This document shows, one piece after another, positions 50,709 through 62,850 of a stretch of 64,000 nt of DNA. The position numbers and the translations under genes were made by a program. The notes beneath the pieces were generated by a model. It was not told the DNA's origin. It worked only from the letters and a program-made list of their open reading frames with translations, and ran no database searches. Origin of the DNA: Octopus bimaculoides (taxonomy: Eukaryota); the NCBI RefSeq assembly GCF_001194135.2, contig NC_068995.1, positions 53,518,346 through 53,582,345 of the forward strand. The letters run 5' to 3'. Position 1 is the first letter of the stretch. Each line of letters opens with the position of its first letter.

Positions 50709-51084
50709 TATATTACGTATATTACGTTATATATTTCATATCCATGAGGCAACTGAAAGTTAATATTTAGTCGTGTTAGTTAAACACTTCAAATATTAAT
50801 ATTTATGATATAAAAGTACTTGTTTGTGGAAGTCAAATTGTCTGTTGTTACATTATATGTAATATCGAGTGTGTAAACCATATGATATTACTGTATCTTA
50901 AGGTAGTGGAGTGAAGTAAGTCGATGGTTTTCTCTTCAAATTTGTTTGATAGTTAGGCGTTATCGAATATTTCTGTAGAAGAGATTGAAAATTTTTCTGA
51001 TGAGCTATGGGGGCAGTTTGCAGTATATGGCGTTACATTAATGCAAGAATTATTCATTGGGACTTCTGGATGGTTTTCCATAAT

Positions 51085-51555
51085 CTAGTTGTTAAAGGCC
51101 AAATTCTATTGTAATAAATTTCTGAGTAATTACACCCAAGATGTGTAATCCTATATTATCGCTTACATCTGCACTGACATATGACACGAAACATACGACA
51201 TTTATATCAAAGCAATATGTTGGGTTAGATGTTTTGATCCAGGAGAAGTTCTTATCGTGTTGTGGAGTTTTCTAACCTGAATCCTTATATCTATATCTCT
51301 ATAATCTATTTGATTGCTGTACTTTGCAAATTACAGGGCACTGATTAGTAGGGCTTTAAGTTTAGAGAGATAATAATCATTAATGTCGAGTTGAGTAAAT
51401 CTAATGATGTACTTACCGATACTACTGAATCATCTAATGAAATCATCATGATTGTTCCACTGTCGTATGTTGGCGGTGTTCCTAATATTATTGCTAATAT
51501 TATTTAGAGTTTTCCTACAGTCTACTCTTACCTCGGATTTAATTAGATTACTCAA
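51085..51555 (-). pseudogene. Penelope-like element RT fragment (degenerate)
   Basis: SNLIKSEVRVDCRKTLNNISNNIRNTANIRQWNNHDDFIR*FSSIGKYIIRFTQLDINDYYLS..ALLISAL*FAK..DIDI, later DVSDNIGLHIL..EFGL. Colinear with the 26140-26470 RT. Confidence 0.7.
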
Positions 51556-51831
51556 CATTTAAGGTTAGATACAAAGCTTTTCTTATAGTTCACAATCAAT
51601 ACAAACGCTTGGTGCTTACAGGCTTAAGGTTAGTTGTTGCTGATGTAATCAGCTCCAGCACTTGAATACTATTTACCTGATACGAAAAAGATGGAAAACG
51701 AACTTAACAGTTACTCCATCTGAGAATATAAACGGCCGTAAATGAACTGCGCAATTCAATCCTGCTATGCACCGAGCATACCAGCATGCATGTATTCCTG
51801 CATGCATATACATGTGTAAATTTATGCGTGC

Positions 51832-51901
<70 letters not shown>

Positions 51902-53068
51902 ACCGGTGGTCGCTACAGTTGTTGCCAGTGTTGCATGGAATTTTTCGAGATGTTTCATTAAGGGAAAAAGCCTTATGATCAAGTTCGATGAATTAAGACT
52001 AACATGTACCCACAAGACCCGAAAGAAATCCCTATATTATAAGCCGGTATAATGATCTTACCTGGAGTATTATTGTTGAGAGTCGATGTTGATATCATGT
52101 TAATTTAATCATACAAAATTAAGTCAATTTGAATTGAATTGTTAGTACCATATCTTAGTTACACTCACTATGTTAATTTTAATTCTTAATTGGAAAATTT
52201 ACGCCGATTTTTATATTTAATACATTATAGGTTATTGAATATATTAATTGTAAACAAACCACAGTAATTACAATTTTATACATAATAATTAGCAACAAAT
52301 ATGTTAGTAAATTAAATTAATAACTTAAATAATAATAGCTCTGACAATTTCATCATTAATTACTAATTAGATCTTGAATTAATTTTTATATGCTTATATT
52401 AACGGAATTTATGTAGGATAACGTATTTTAGTATTTGCTAATATACTAATTCTTCTTTCATTTTTCTTCACTTTATTACTTAGAGAACCAGTTTCAATAG
52501 CCGTGATTATTATGTAACAAAAAAATCAACCTTTTATTGCTTGATATGGTTGCACCTATATTTTTCATGGATGAACCAAATCACGTTACAATTCAGTTCC
52601 TTATTCCCGTTTAAGTATAAATATAAGCGAAATAAGCGAAACAGAGATTAAAAAGCGAGGTACCTTTTGATAAGTCACCTGACGAGGCACATTTGCACCG
52701 AATATTGCACCACAACTAGTTGTACAGAGTCTCACCCACGGGAGACCGACGCATTATGGGTCAAAACGATCGTAATTATTGATAAAACAATCTCGTGATG
52801 TTAACTGGATGTTCAATTTTTATTCCTCACGGTGCACGTTTTCAAACTGACACCCAAACACACCAAAATGTTCGCAATGGAGCTTCCGGCGCGAATGCCA
52901 AGCAGTACAGCATGTCGTTTACAAATTTCTGGCAGAGTGAATTGCGTCAAGGTGCTGTTTTTCTCACAGACGGTGCCCTGCTATACTGCTTAGTCGACAG
53001 AATCCAAAAGAAACAGTGTGCATGCACGAAATCTGAAAATATAAAATGGCGACAATTTACACATACCC

Positions 53069-53153
<85 letters not shown>

Positions 53154-53274
53154 ACACACATCTATATACATTGCTTAGGCATTGTAAGACTAATGACCTT
53201 GTGTAGAACTCAATATACTTGTGTTTCAGAATGAAGTGTTAGTCGAGTAGAAACTGGTAATAGATGACACAGGA

Positions 53275-53466
53275 ATAAACGATTATCTTATGAACTTCAT
53301 TGGCTTACAGCTGTTTCTGCTTTATGGAGCCTCGAATATGAGGTGCGATTTATAAATTGCATCCGATGAAGCTATAAAGTGTTTCTCAGACACTCAAATA
53401 TGAGTCCACTGCATCTTATGGCAGGAACAGCAGTAAGCTAATAAAGTTAATAAGATAATCCTTTAT
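53275..53466. mobile_element. About 190-bp element with ~40-46-bp inverted termini, each containing an HHR 3' half
   Basis: 53281-53320 vs reverse complement of 53421-53460 match 35/40. Plus strand carries CCGAUGA-AGCUAUAAAG..CUUAUGGCA-GGAACAGCAGUA-AGC; minus strand carries GCA-GAAACAGCUGUA-AGC. Confidence 0.6.
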
Positions 53467-53469
53467 TTA

Positions 53470-54025
53470 CTTGGGAAGCAAGCTTCTTAACACACAACCA
53501 CACCTCCGTGTATATATATATATATATGCAGGTGTGTTCGTGGTTGACACCCATCACCCCTTTTCAACCGGTGGTGAGGGACAAATTGAAAGACACACCA
53601 CACACGCATATATACAGAACGAACTGTCAATTTCCGTCTACCAATTCCTCTCAAAAGACTCAAGTGGAACCGAGGCTATATATATGCATGTATACGACGG
53701 GTTTCTTTCACTTTCCATCAACCAAATCCACTCACAAGGCTTTAGTTGAACCGAGGCTATATTAAGAGATACTTGCTCATGGTGTCATGCAGTGCAATTG
53801 AATACGGAAACTTGTGGCTGGTAAGCAAACTTCTTACCCAACAGCCACCAGCTTCCACAGACTCCTACGGGCTACCATACATTACCCTCTTCCAAATTCC
53901 ACTCATCAAATACTGGTGAACCAGACCTTACAAAAGAAATGACTTGTCCAAGTACATTCCTGTAGAATCGACCTCGGAAACCACGTGGCTGCAAAACAAG
54001 CTTCTTATCCATGTAGCCATGGCTG
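53470..54025 (-). mobile_element. Cluster of 3-4 same-orientation SINE family B copies/fragments
   Basis: Head fragment about 53470-53500, tail fragment about 53625-53682, near-full copies about 53693-53850 and 53880-54025. Confidence 0.7.
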
Positions 54026-55629
54026 CACTAAATACAGAGGCCGTTTTGATCATTTAGAGAAAAATAAATCTTTTATATCATCGTTGTTATTATTTTTTTT
54101 TTATTGTTATTGTTCTCACACGATCGTTGTTTATTTTCTTTTTAGAGTTACACAATTTATATGAAAGGCAGTCTATTAAACTGGAAAAAGAGAATTAAAA
54201 AAAAGCACAAAATTAAAAAAAAAATTCCCTAATATCTCGCTAGTATGCCGATCCTTAGCAATATTGAAAAAAAAAGCTTTTTAGAGAGTAGCGAGCAAAT
54301 CTAAGAAGGAGAAAAGACAGAGAAAATGAGAAAGAAAGAAAGAAAGAAAGAAAGAAGAGAGAGTACTGTTGCTTATTCGATTTGAACTTGTTCTTAGTAT
54401 TCTATTTGTGTGTCTTAGCAAGAAAAAAAATTATTTCATAAGATAAAATATTCTTTTGAGGAAAGCAGACAACTTTAGTGAAAAATAAAAGAATCAAAAA
54501 ATAAATTTAGTTAGAGAAAAAAACTAAAAGCAAACAAACAAACAAACAAACAAACAAAAAAGACAAGCTTCACGTAGCCAAAAGAAAAACAAAAAGGAAA
54601 ATAGTAAATTTAGTGAAGAAGAAATTATGACAAAAAAAATAATAATAATAAAAATTAAACGTGCGTAAAAAAGAAAGTAAAAAGAACACATAGCAATCGA
54701 AAGTAACAAAAATATATTAAAAAAAACGACGAACGGAAGAAAACAAATCAAAAACGAAAGAAATTGCTATCAACGAGGCTTTAGTCCGAAAATAATATCT
54801 TTGAAAGAAGATCATAGAAAGATGCAAGAATATCGCATAAAACAACAACAAACAAGAAGAAGAAGAAGAAAGAACCATCCTCTTCCTCCTCCTCTTCTGC
54901 ATCATCATCATCTTCACCATCATTATCAGCAGCAACAACAACAATGAAGAAAAGAATGCAAAGCGTTTAAAGTCGCCACTCTGTAAATCTGCCACTTCAT
55001 TAAAAAATGTCGTATTAGCAATTATTCTAATTGAAACTAACGAAAGCAAATTGAAGGAAAAACAAGAGGCAAGCAGTAACAGCAAACAGTAGCAGTAGTA
55101 GTAGTAGCGGTGGTAGTAGTGGTAGTAATAGCTAGCATCATCATCACTATCGCCATCATCAGCATCATCGTCGTCCTAGTCGTCGTCGTCCCCTCCTCTT
55201 CGTTATCTTCATAATCGTCGACGTCGTCACCATCAGTATCATCGTCGTCGACGTCGTCACCATCATCGTCATCATAGTCATCATCATCATCATTATTATC
55301 ACCACCGTCATTATCATCGTACTATTCAATATCACCACCATCACCACCACCATACCACCACGACCACCACCACCATACCCCCCATCATCATCATCATTGG
55401 TCATCGTCGTCGTCGTCGTCCTCCTCCTTCTACTGCCCCTCCTCCTCATCACCTACACTATATTCATCAAACTCATCGTCATCGTCATCATTATCAACAC
55501 CATCACCATCATTAATGTTATCATCATCATCACCATCATCATCATCATTAAACAGAGACAACAGTAAACGGCAGCAGGGGTTACAACAAAAGCAACAACA
55601 TTGATTCAGGTTATTAGAGGGTGTCTCTG

Positions 55630-55675
55630 TAACCGCTCAACCTGCTAGAAGTAGCAGCCAAATTCCCATCAGAGT
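55630..55675 (+). repeat. Dispersed motif CTAGAAATAGCAGCCAAAT (retroposon-tail-like)
   Basis: Related copies at about 9481-9515(-), 34051-34100(+), 46315-46345(-), 48506-48556(+) and 61441-61485(+). Confidence 0.6.
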
Positions 55676-55956
55676 TTACCTTACGAGGATCCTATACATA
55701 GCATTATATCTACACAAACGGACAGGATGGTCGCGGCTGGAACCTGGCAATAAGCAATATCAAACATTGTTAACAACAGCGATTTTTACATAGATAAGCT
55801 CAAAATCTAAGGGAGTTTTTCTCTAAAAGTGGAGGAGGAAACGAAAAGAAAACGAAATAAAATCAAACTTTGTGACGTTTATACTTTTTTATGTGTTCTC
55901 CTCCACCTCTCCGGAGGCGTTAAAGTGACGTAAGCAAGAGAGTGAAAGAGAGAGAT

Positions 55957-56001
<45 letters not shown>

Positions 56002-56042
56002 NNNNNNNNNNNNNNNNNNNNNNNNNNNNNNNNNNNNNNNNN

Positions 56043-56055
56043 GCTCTTCCGATCT
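56043..56055 (+). other. Probable Illumina adapter remnant (GCTCTTCCGATCT)
   Basis: Exact 13-nt match to the 3' end of TruSeq adapter/primer sequence, starting at the first base after an N-gap. Confidence 0.8.
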
Positions 56056-56347
56056 ACAGAGAGAGACAGAGAGAGACAGAGAGAGAGTGAGAGAGAGAGA
56101 GAGAGTAAAGTGCTTATAACCATCAGGGAAATCAATACTATTATCGGCCATTTTCTCATTTCTCTTCCATCTGTGTATTCATTCATTTTTTTGTTTGTTT
56201 ATATTTGAGTGTGTGTGTGTTTTGTGTGTGTGTGTGTGATTGAGTGTGTGTGAGTGTGTGAAAGAGTGTTTGTGTGTGTGTTAGTATGAGCGCCATGTGT
56301 TTTTCGATCTAGCACCTAAATTGATCATGATGATGATGATGATGATG

Positions 56348-56413
<66 letters not shown>

Positions 56414-56565
56414 GTAATTGTAATAATAATAATAATAATAATAAGGATAATAATAACAGTAATAACAATAATAGTAATAATAACAACAACAATAACAAAT
56501 AGTAATAAACAATGATGATGCTGATGACGATGATGAAAATAATAATAAAAATGATAAAAATAATA

Positions 56566-56596
<31 letters not shown>

Positions 56597-56827
56597 CGTT
56601 TCGAAAAATACCTACAAAAACAAACAAGCAAACAAACAAGCAAAATATTCATGGAAGCTCAGTTGCATATTTGTTCCAGTCCAGTGAGCTAACATCGACC
56701 AATCAATGAAGATGTAACGTTAACTTAAAGAGTTAGTCAAGATAATGAATGACAAAAGGTTATCAGATGATGTCTGTTTATATAATTATATACATATATA
56801 TACATATATACACATATATATGTATAT

Positions 56828-56862
<35 letters not shown>

Positions 56863-57088
56863 GTATATGTATATATATATTTATATAATTATATTTTTCT
56901 CTCTGTGGCTCTCTGGCTCTCCCTCTCTCTCTTTCTCTCTCTCTCTACCATTTGTTATTTTTCTTTCTCTCGCTTTAAATCTTTTGTTTAGTTTAGATTT
57001 TCTTTTTAGTTTTTATTTAAATATTTTCACATTTTGTTTTACTTCGTTTATCATAGTTATTTTTGGTGCTTTTTTTGGGGGACGCTAT

Positions 57089-57128
<40 letters not shown>

Positions 57129-57229
57129 TAATAATAATAAGAAGAATAAGAATAAGAATAAGAATAAGGATAATGATAATGACTATAATGATGATGATGA
57201 TAACGATAATAATATTAATAATAATAATG

Positions 57230-57292
<63 letters not shown>

Positions 57293-57477
57293 TCAATAAT
57301 AATAATAATGATAATGATAATAAGGTGAAACCTCGAAGCAGGGTGATTTTCATCTTAATTTTCAACTTTTCATTTTCACTAAGTACTTACTTCACGCTCC
57401 ATTTGATGATCAGCTGAGTGTTCTCCGGCACTCAACATACTCTTATCTGAAATAGAATAACTAACCCACCCCACCAG

Positions 57478-57527
<50 letters not shown>

Positions 57528-59350
57528 GTTCTACCAGCAATAGCAACCAAAACATCTGCAATAGCAACATCAGAAAAAGTACGAGTAATAACAGCAATAG
57601 CAACAGAACCATGGAGATCAAGTGCAACAAGCCGTAACAAACAATAACAATAGCAACCCGAGAAATAGCAACAACAGCAAGAGGAACGTCAATAGCAACA
57701 TGAGAAACGGCAACAGCGGTAACAAGAGCAATACAAATACAAGACACAGCAACAAAGTCAATAACGNNNNNNNNNNNNNNNNNNNNNNNNNNNNNNNNNN
57801 NNNNNNNNNNNNNNNNNNNNNNNNNNNNNNNNNNNNNNNNNNNNNNNNNNNNNNNNNNNNNNNNNNNNNNNNNNNNNNNNNNNNNNNNNNNNNNNNNNNN
57901 NNNNNNNNNNNNNNNNNNNNNNNNNNNNNNNNNNNNNNNNNNNNNNNNNNNNNNNNNNNNNNNNNNNNNNNNNNNNNNNNNNNNNNNNNNNNNNNNNNNN
58001 NNNNNNNNNNNNNNNNNNNNNNNNNNNNNNNNNNNNNNNNNNNNNNNNNNNNNNNNNNNNNNNNNNNNNNNNNNNNNNNNNNNNNNNNNNNNNNNNNNNN
58101 NNNNNNNNNNNNNNNNNNNNNNNNNNNNNNNNNNNNNNNNNNNNNNNNNNNNNNNNNNNNNNNNNNNNNNNNNNNNNNNNNNNNNNNNNNNNNNNNNNNN
58201 NNNNNNNNNNNNNNNNNNNNNNNNNNNNNNNNNNNNNNNNNNNNNNNNNNNNNNNNNNNNNNNNNNNNNNNNNNNNNNNNNNNNNNNNNNNNNNNNNNNN
58301 NNNNNNNNNNNNNNNNNNNNNNNNNNNNNNNNNNNNNNNNNNNNNNAGCAGAAACATCAGAGCAGCAACAACATGAAGAAGAATAGCAACAACAGGAAGA
58401 AGAATAGCAACACAACAGGAATAATAGCGAGAGCAACAATAGTAAGCTGTAGCACCAGTAACAATAGCAACAGGAATAAAAGAAGCAATATTATTGATAT
58501 GCAAAAAAAACGCTATATATAACGATACCAATTACATATATAATGATTCTAGTATAAGTATAACTATATATGTAACCCAAATTTTTTAACAACGTTACAG
58601 ATCAATTTAAAGTGATCGTAAAAAAATATATCTTTAGAATTCCAATTTCAATATATTTTTTATAAAAAAAAATGTCGATCTGATTGTTTATTTTTTAACA
58701 TCGACTTTGCCATAAAATTCACAGCACACTTTCTGCATCTTTTATTCACTGAGGTCAAATCTCTTTCCCATTTACTGTCTCTATCTTTAAACTTAGAATC
58801 ACCTCTTTGTCACTTCCTTCCGCCAGTCTAGAAATTATAATTTTAAAGAAATGGACGAAATATTTTCCTCATTACAGTAAGGAGAAGAAATCATAGCATT
58901 TTCACATTTCAAAATTTTATAACTTTCGATTTTTCTCATACATGTTTAAAAGTTATTAAATGATTTAAAGTTATTTCACTATTTATTTAGTCCGGTCTAT
59001 CGCTGTGTGAATGTTGGGAAAGGACGAATTGGAGGAAAAGCAAAAATCTGCATCTATTTCTCGCACTATCTCTGTGTATATTCATTCCTGCTTGCAAGCA
59101 AACATGCATTCATAATCATATATGCACATGCATATATATATATACATACATGCATACGATCATACAAAACCCTTTTTATATTTTTATATATACATATNNN
59201 NNNNNNNNNNNNNNNNNNNNNNNNNNNNNNNNNNNNNNNNNNNNNNNNNNNNNNNNNNNNNNNNNNNNNNNNNNNNNNNNNNNNNNNNNNNNNNNNNNNN
59301 NNNNNNNNNNNNNNNNNNNNNNNNNNNNNNNNNNNNNNNNNNNNNNNNNN

Positions 59351-59441
59351 TTGGGACTGCCATGTTGGCTTGGCGATAACTATTAATTTCCAGTACCGCT
59401 GCCGTAGTCTCCTTTAGAGAGACTTAGAAATATTAATAACT
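59351..59441 (-). repeat. Second copy of the 23085-23175 young repeat end
   Basis: 91/91 identity; gap on the left and (TA)n on the right. Confidence 0.85.
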
Positions 59442-59487
59442 TTATATATATATATATATATATATATTTGTTTGTGTGTGTTTGTGT

Positions 59488-59570
59488 TTGCCCACCACCA
59501 TCGCCTGACAACCGAAGTTGGTGTCTTTACGTCCCCGTAAATCAGCGGTTCGGCAAAAGAAACTATTACC
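59488..59570 (+). mobile_element. SINE family C central fragment
   Basis: TTGCCCACCACCATCGCCTGACAACCGAAGTTGGTGTCTTTACGTCCCCGTAAATCAGCGGTTCGGCAAAAG. Confidence 0.6.
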
Positions 59571-59846
59571 TGGTATTTAAATATTTCAGTGTCAGAACAT
59601 CTTCTTCAGGGAATTTACGGAGGACAGTTGTTGATAACTGATTTTTCTGCTTTGGAGAGAAATCAGTAGAAAAAATCTAGCGGCAAAATCAGCTCTCAGT
59701 AGGGTTCTTGAAGAACCTTATCATTGAAATACCAGCTAATAGTGTTAACCATCAAACTGCATTATTAATCTTTATAACTTGCATTCTTTTCACTTACATA
59801 TACAGATACGCACACACGCACACACGCAGAATCACTCTCACCAGCT

Positions 59847-59877
<31 letters not shown>

Positions 59878-60440
59878 CACACACATATATATACACACAC
59901 ATACAGGCTTGAATAAAGCGATACTGTTAAATTTATGATAAGCGAGTTGCAATGTCCGACATTTTGAATGTCTCAATTAATGATTGCGTTTACATATGTT
60001 GACGTCATATTAAACGAAAAACTAAAAATTATTAATAGAGAGAAATAGAAACGAGTTATCAATGTTCAATTGGGAATACTTGTTTTGAAATGAAAACTTC
60101 TGGTCATATGATCAAACAAATTGAACTGAAATATTCTCCTTTGTTCAGTTTAATCCTTTTTCTTTAGGTCTCACGAGACCAGGATTTATGTCCAGTTTAC
60201 AAAGCGGTTATGACTGATTAAACATTTTCTTGTAGATAGAATTCTAATCTTGCCGGAGGATTAGCGTCTCAAAGATGGACTGATACATTGTTTACTGCTG
60301 TAAATTTGTCGGCTTTTTCTCTTGATATATATAGATATGTGTGTATATATATATATATATGCATATACGTATATATATATAAATCTGTATGTGTATGTAC
60401 ACATACACAAACACACACACGCTCGCGCGTGCACACACAG

Positions 60441-60496
<56 letters not shown>

Positions 60497-60932
60497 NNNN
60501 NNNNNNNNNNNNNNNNNNNNNNNNNNNNNNNNNNNNNNNNNNNNNNNNNNNNNNNNNNNNNNNNNNNNNNNNNNNNNNNNNNNNNNNNNNNNNNNNNNNN
60601 NNNNNNNNNNNNNNNNNNNNNNNNNNNNNNNNNNNNNNNNNNNNNNNNNNNNNNNNNNNNNNNNNNNNNNNNNNNNNNNNNNNNNNNNNNNNNNNNNNNN
60701 NNNNNNNNNNNNNNNNNNNNNNNNNNNNNNNNNNNNNNNNNNNNNNNNNNNNNNNNNNNNNNNNNNNNNNNNNNNNNNNNNNNNNNNNNNNNNNNNNNNN
60801 NNNNNNNNNNNNNNNNNNNNNNNNNNNNNNNNNNNNNNNNNNNNNNNNNNNNNNNNNNNNNNNNNNNNNNNNNNNNNNNNNNNNNNNNACACACACACAC
60901 ACATATATAGGACGCGTTTCTTTCAGTTTCCG

Positions 60933-60963
<31 letters not shown>

Positions 60964-61514
60964 ATATAGATAGATAGATAGATAGATAGATAGACATGGT
61001 GTTTCAGCAGTTTCTGTCTATCAAATGCCATTGACAATGCATTAATCTGCACGGAAATTTGGCAGAAGACTCTTGCTGCATGCTGTGAGAATCGAATAAT
61101 GAAAGACTTGTTTGCGAAACTAGCTTTTAACCATTCAGCTCTGGCTTTATTTATTTGTAGCTTAGACCATAAAGAGACGTAATACAGTGCTTTGAGTAAC
61201 CACGTTTCGCGCTTCCTGTGGGAGAAATAACGGAAGCAGCTACAAAGTAAAGCGACAAAGTTTATAATTAAGGGCAATTAATTTTCTTATCTGGAATGTA
61301 TATTACTTGAATTTTAGATTACATTTGGTCGGCGGTAATGGATTACGGAATAGTTAGGGGCTGATGGATATGTGGCTTGTACCGTGTCAGCTACGGAACA
61401 CTGAAGTTGTCAGCACTGAGACGTAGAGGGAAGATTCAACTGGTCACTTGGGTAGCTAGAAATAGCAGCCAAACCTTACTTAAATTTCGTCCAGGAATCA
61501 TAAAAATGATTGTT

Positions 61515-61725
61515 TTAGCTTTTGGCGCAAGGCCGGTTATTTTTAAGGAGTGGGGAGGTTTGTTATCTCGACTCCAGTACTTGACTGGTGTTTATTTCAT
61601 CAGCCCCGAAAGGATGAAAAGCAAACTCGACCTAAGTGGAATTTGAACACAGAACGTAAAGACGGACGAAATGCTGCTAAGCACTTTGCTCGATGTATAA
61701 ACGATTCTACCATCTCGCCGCTTTA
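61515..61725 (-). mobile_element. SINE family A
   Basis: CCCCGAAAGGATGAAAAGCAAACTCGACC..GGAATTTGAACACAGAACGTAAAGACGGACGAAATG..AACGATTCTACCATCTCGCCGC. Confidence 0.8.
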
Positions 61726-62764
61726 AAGTCATCAAACATAAAAGACAGAATCATCGTAGTGTAGTCACTGATATACTCTAATTTAAAAAGAAAAAGACAA
61801 CACAATGATCACGGTTTAAACGCTTTTGATCGAAAGACTTCTTAGGGCTAACTTGGGGCTATACCATAACAATAAGAACCAGCCCACTTTGGTACCAATA
61901 ATTATTTAAAATAAATTAAGCTTAGTATTGGAAACTGCACGAATGCTGTAAATTTACGAGTATTTCATGAATTTGAGAAGAAAACGATGAGCTCTCCCTG
62001 GCTGACTTAAATTGCACGAAGTCGATGTTTTCAAAAGCACTCCCCAACCCAACATTATAAGAGTCATCAAATTATGTTGGCAATATTGGTTTTTATCTCT
62101 CTTTGAAATAATATTTGTAAAAAATTTGAAATTGCATTTGTAAACTATTTTTAAGTTTCAAGTATCGATTATGTCAAAATACTGTCCAGATGTTGCTAAT
62201 ATCGAAATTTATTACATCAACAAATGCTATGAGAAATACAAATCAAAATGTTTTCTTTCTCGCCTTGAGAGTCAAAGCGGCGTGTTAAGTGACTTGACCA
62301 CGAATATCTTGCATTATGCTTCTGTCTCCTTTAAGAAAGATCTGTCAAAACAGATATCAGTTGATCGCAAATATTTTCATTAAACGTCGTCGTACTTAAA
62401 TTTTAACCGTGGAAACGAATTTTATTGCATTGAAGTTGCCATTTAATAGTCAAAGACATAAATTTCTTTTTGCTCAACAGTTTATGAATTTGTGGTAAAC
62501 TGCTGACAAGAGTAGTTCGCAACGGGATTTCGATTCTAAGTGTTAAAGCTACTTAACTTCTTTGACGTTACGTTAAGTGGATACACAAAAAAAAAAAGGG
62601 AGAAAAAGAGCATTTCAGTATCCTGTTATATCCTCGAAAACTTGATACACGTGTCGCCTTAAAATGAAACGAATTGATTATAGATTTATAACTGATAATG
62701 CACCGACTCACATAGGTTCAACACTAAACATTTAATCTCAGATTTGTTATTTAATGAAGTATTG

Positions 62765-62850
<86 letters not shown>

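Larger units (their letters stand above)
54830..58490. repeat. Dense block of trinucleotide and dinucleotide SSRs (CAT/CAC/CGT, GAT, AAT, CTA, AAC/AGC, GA, GT)
   Basis: Direct inspection; explains the poly-I/L/N/H/Y pseudo-ORFs in the track. Confidence 0.9.

Noticed and set aside
59575-59625. Minus-strand CUGAAGA-stem-GAAAUAUU hammerhead-like string
   Set aside because: Stem I cannot pair; at best a decayed remnant.
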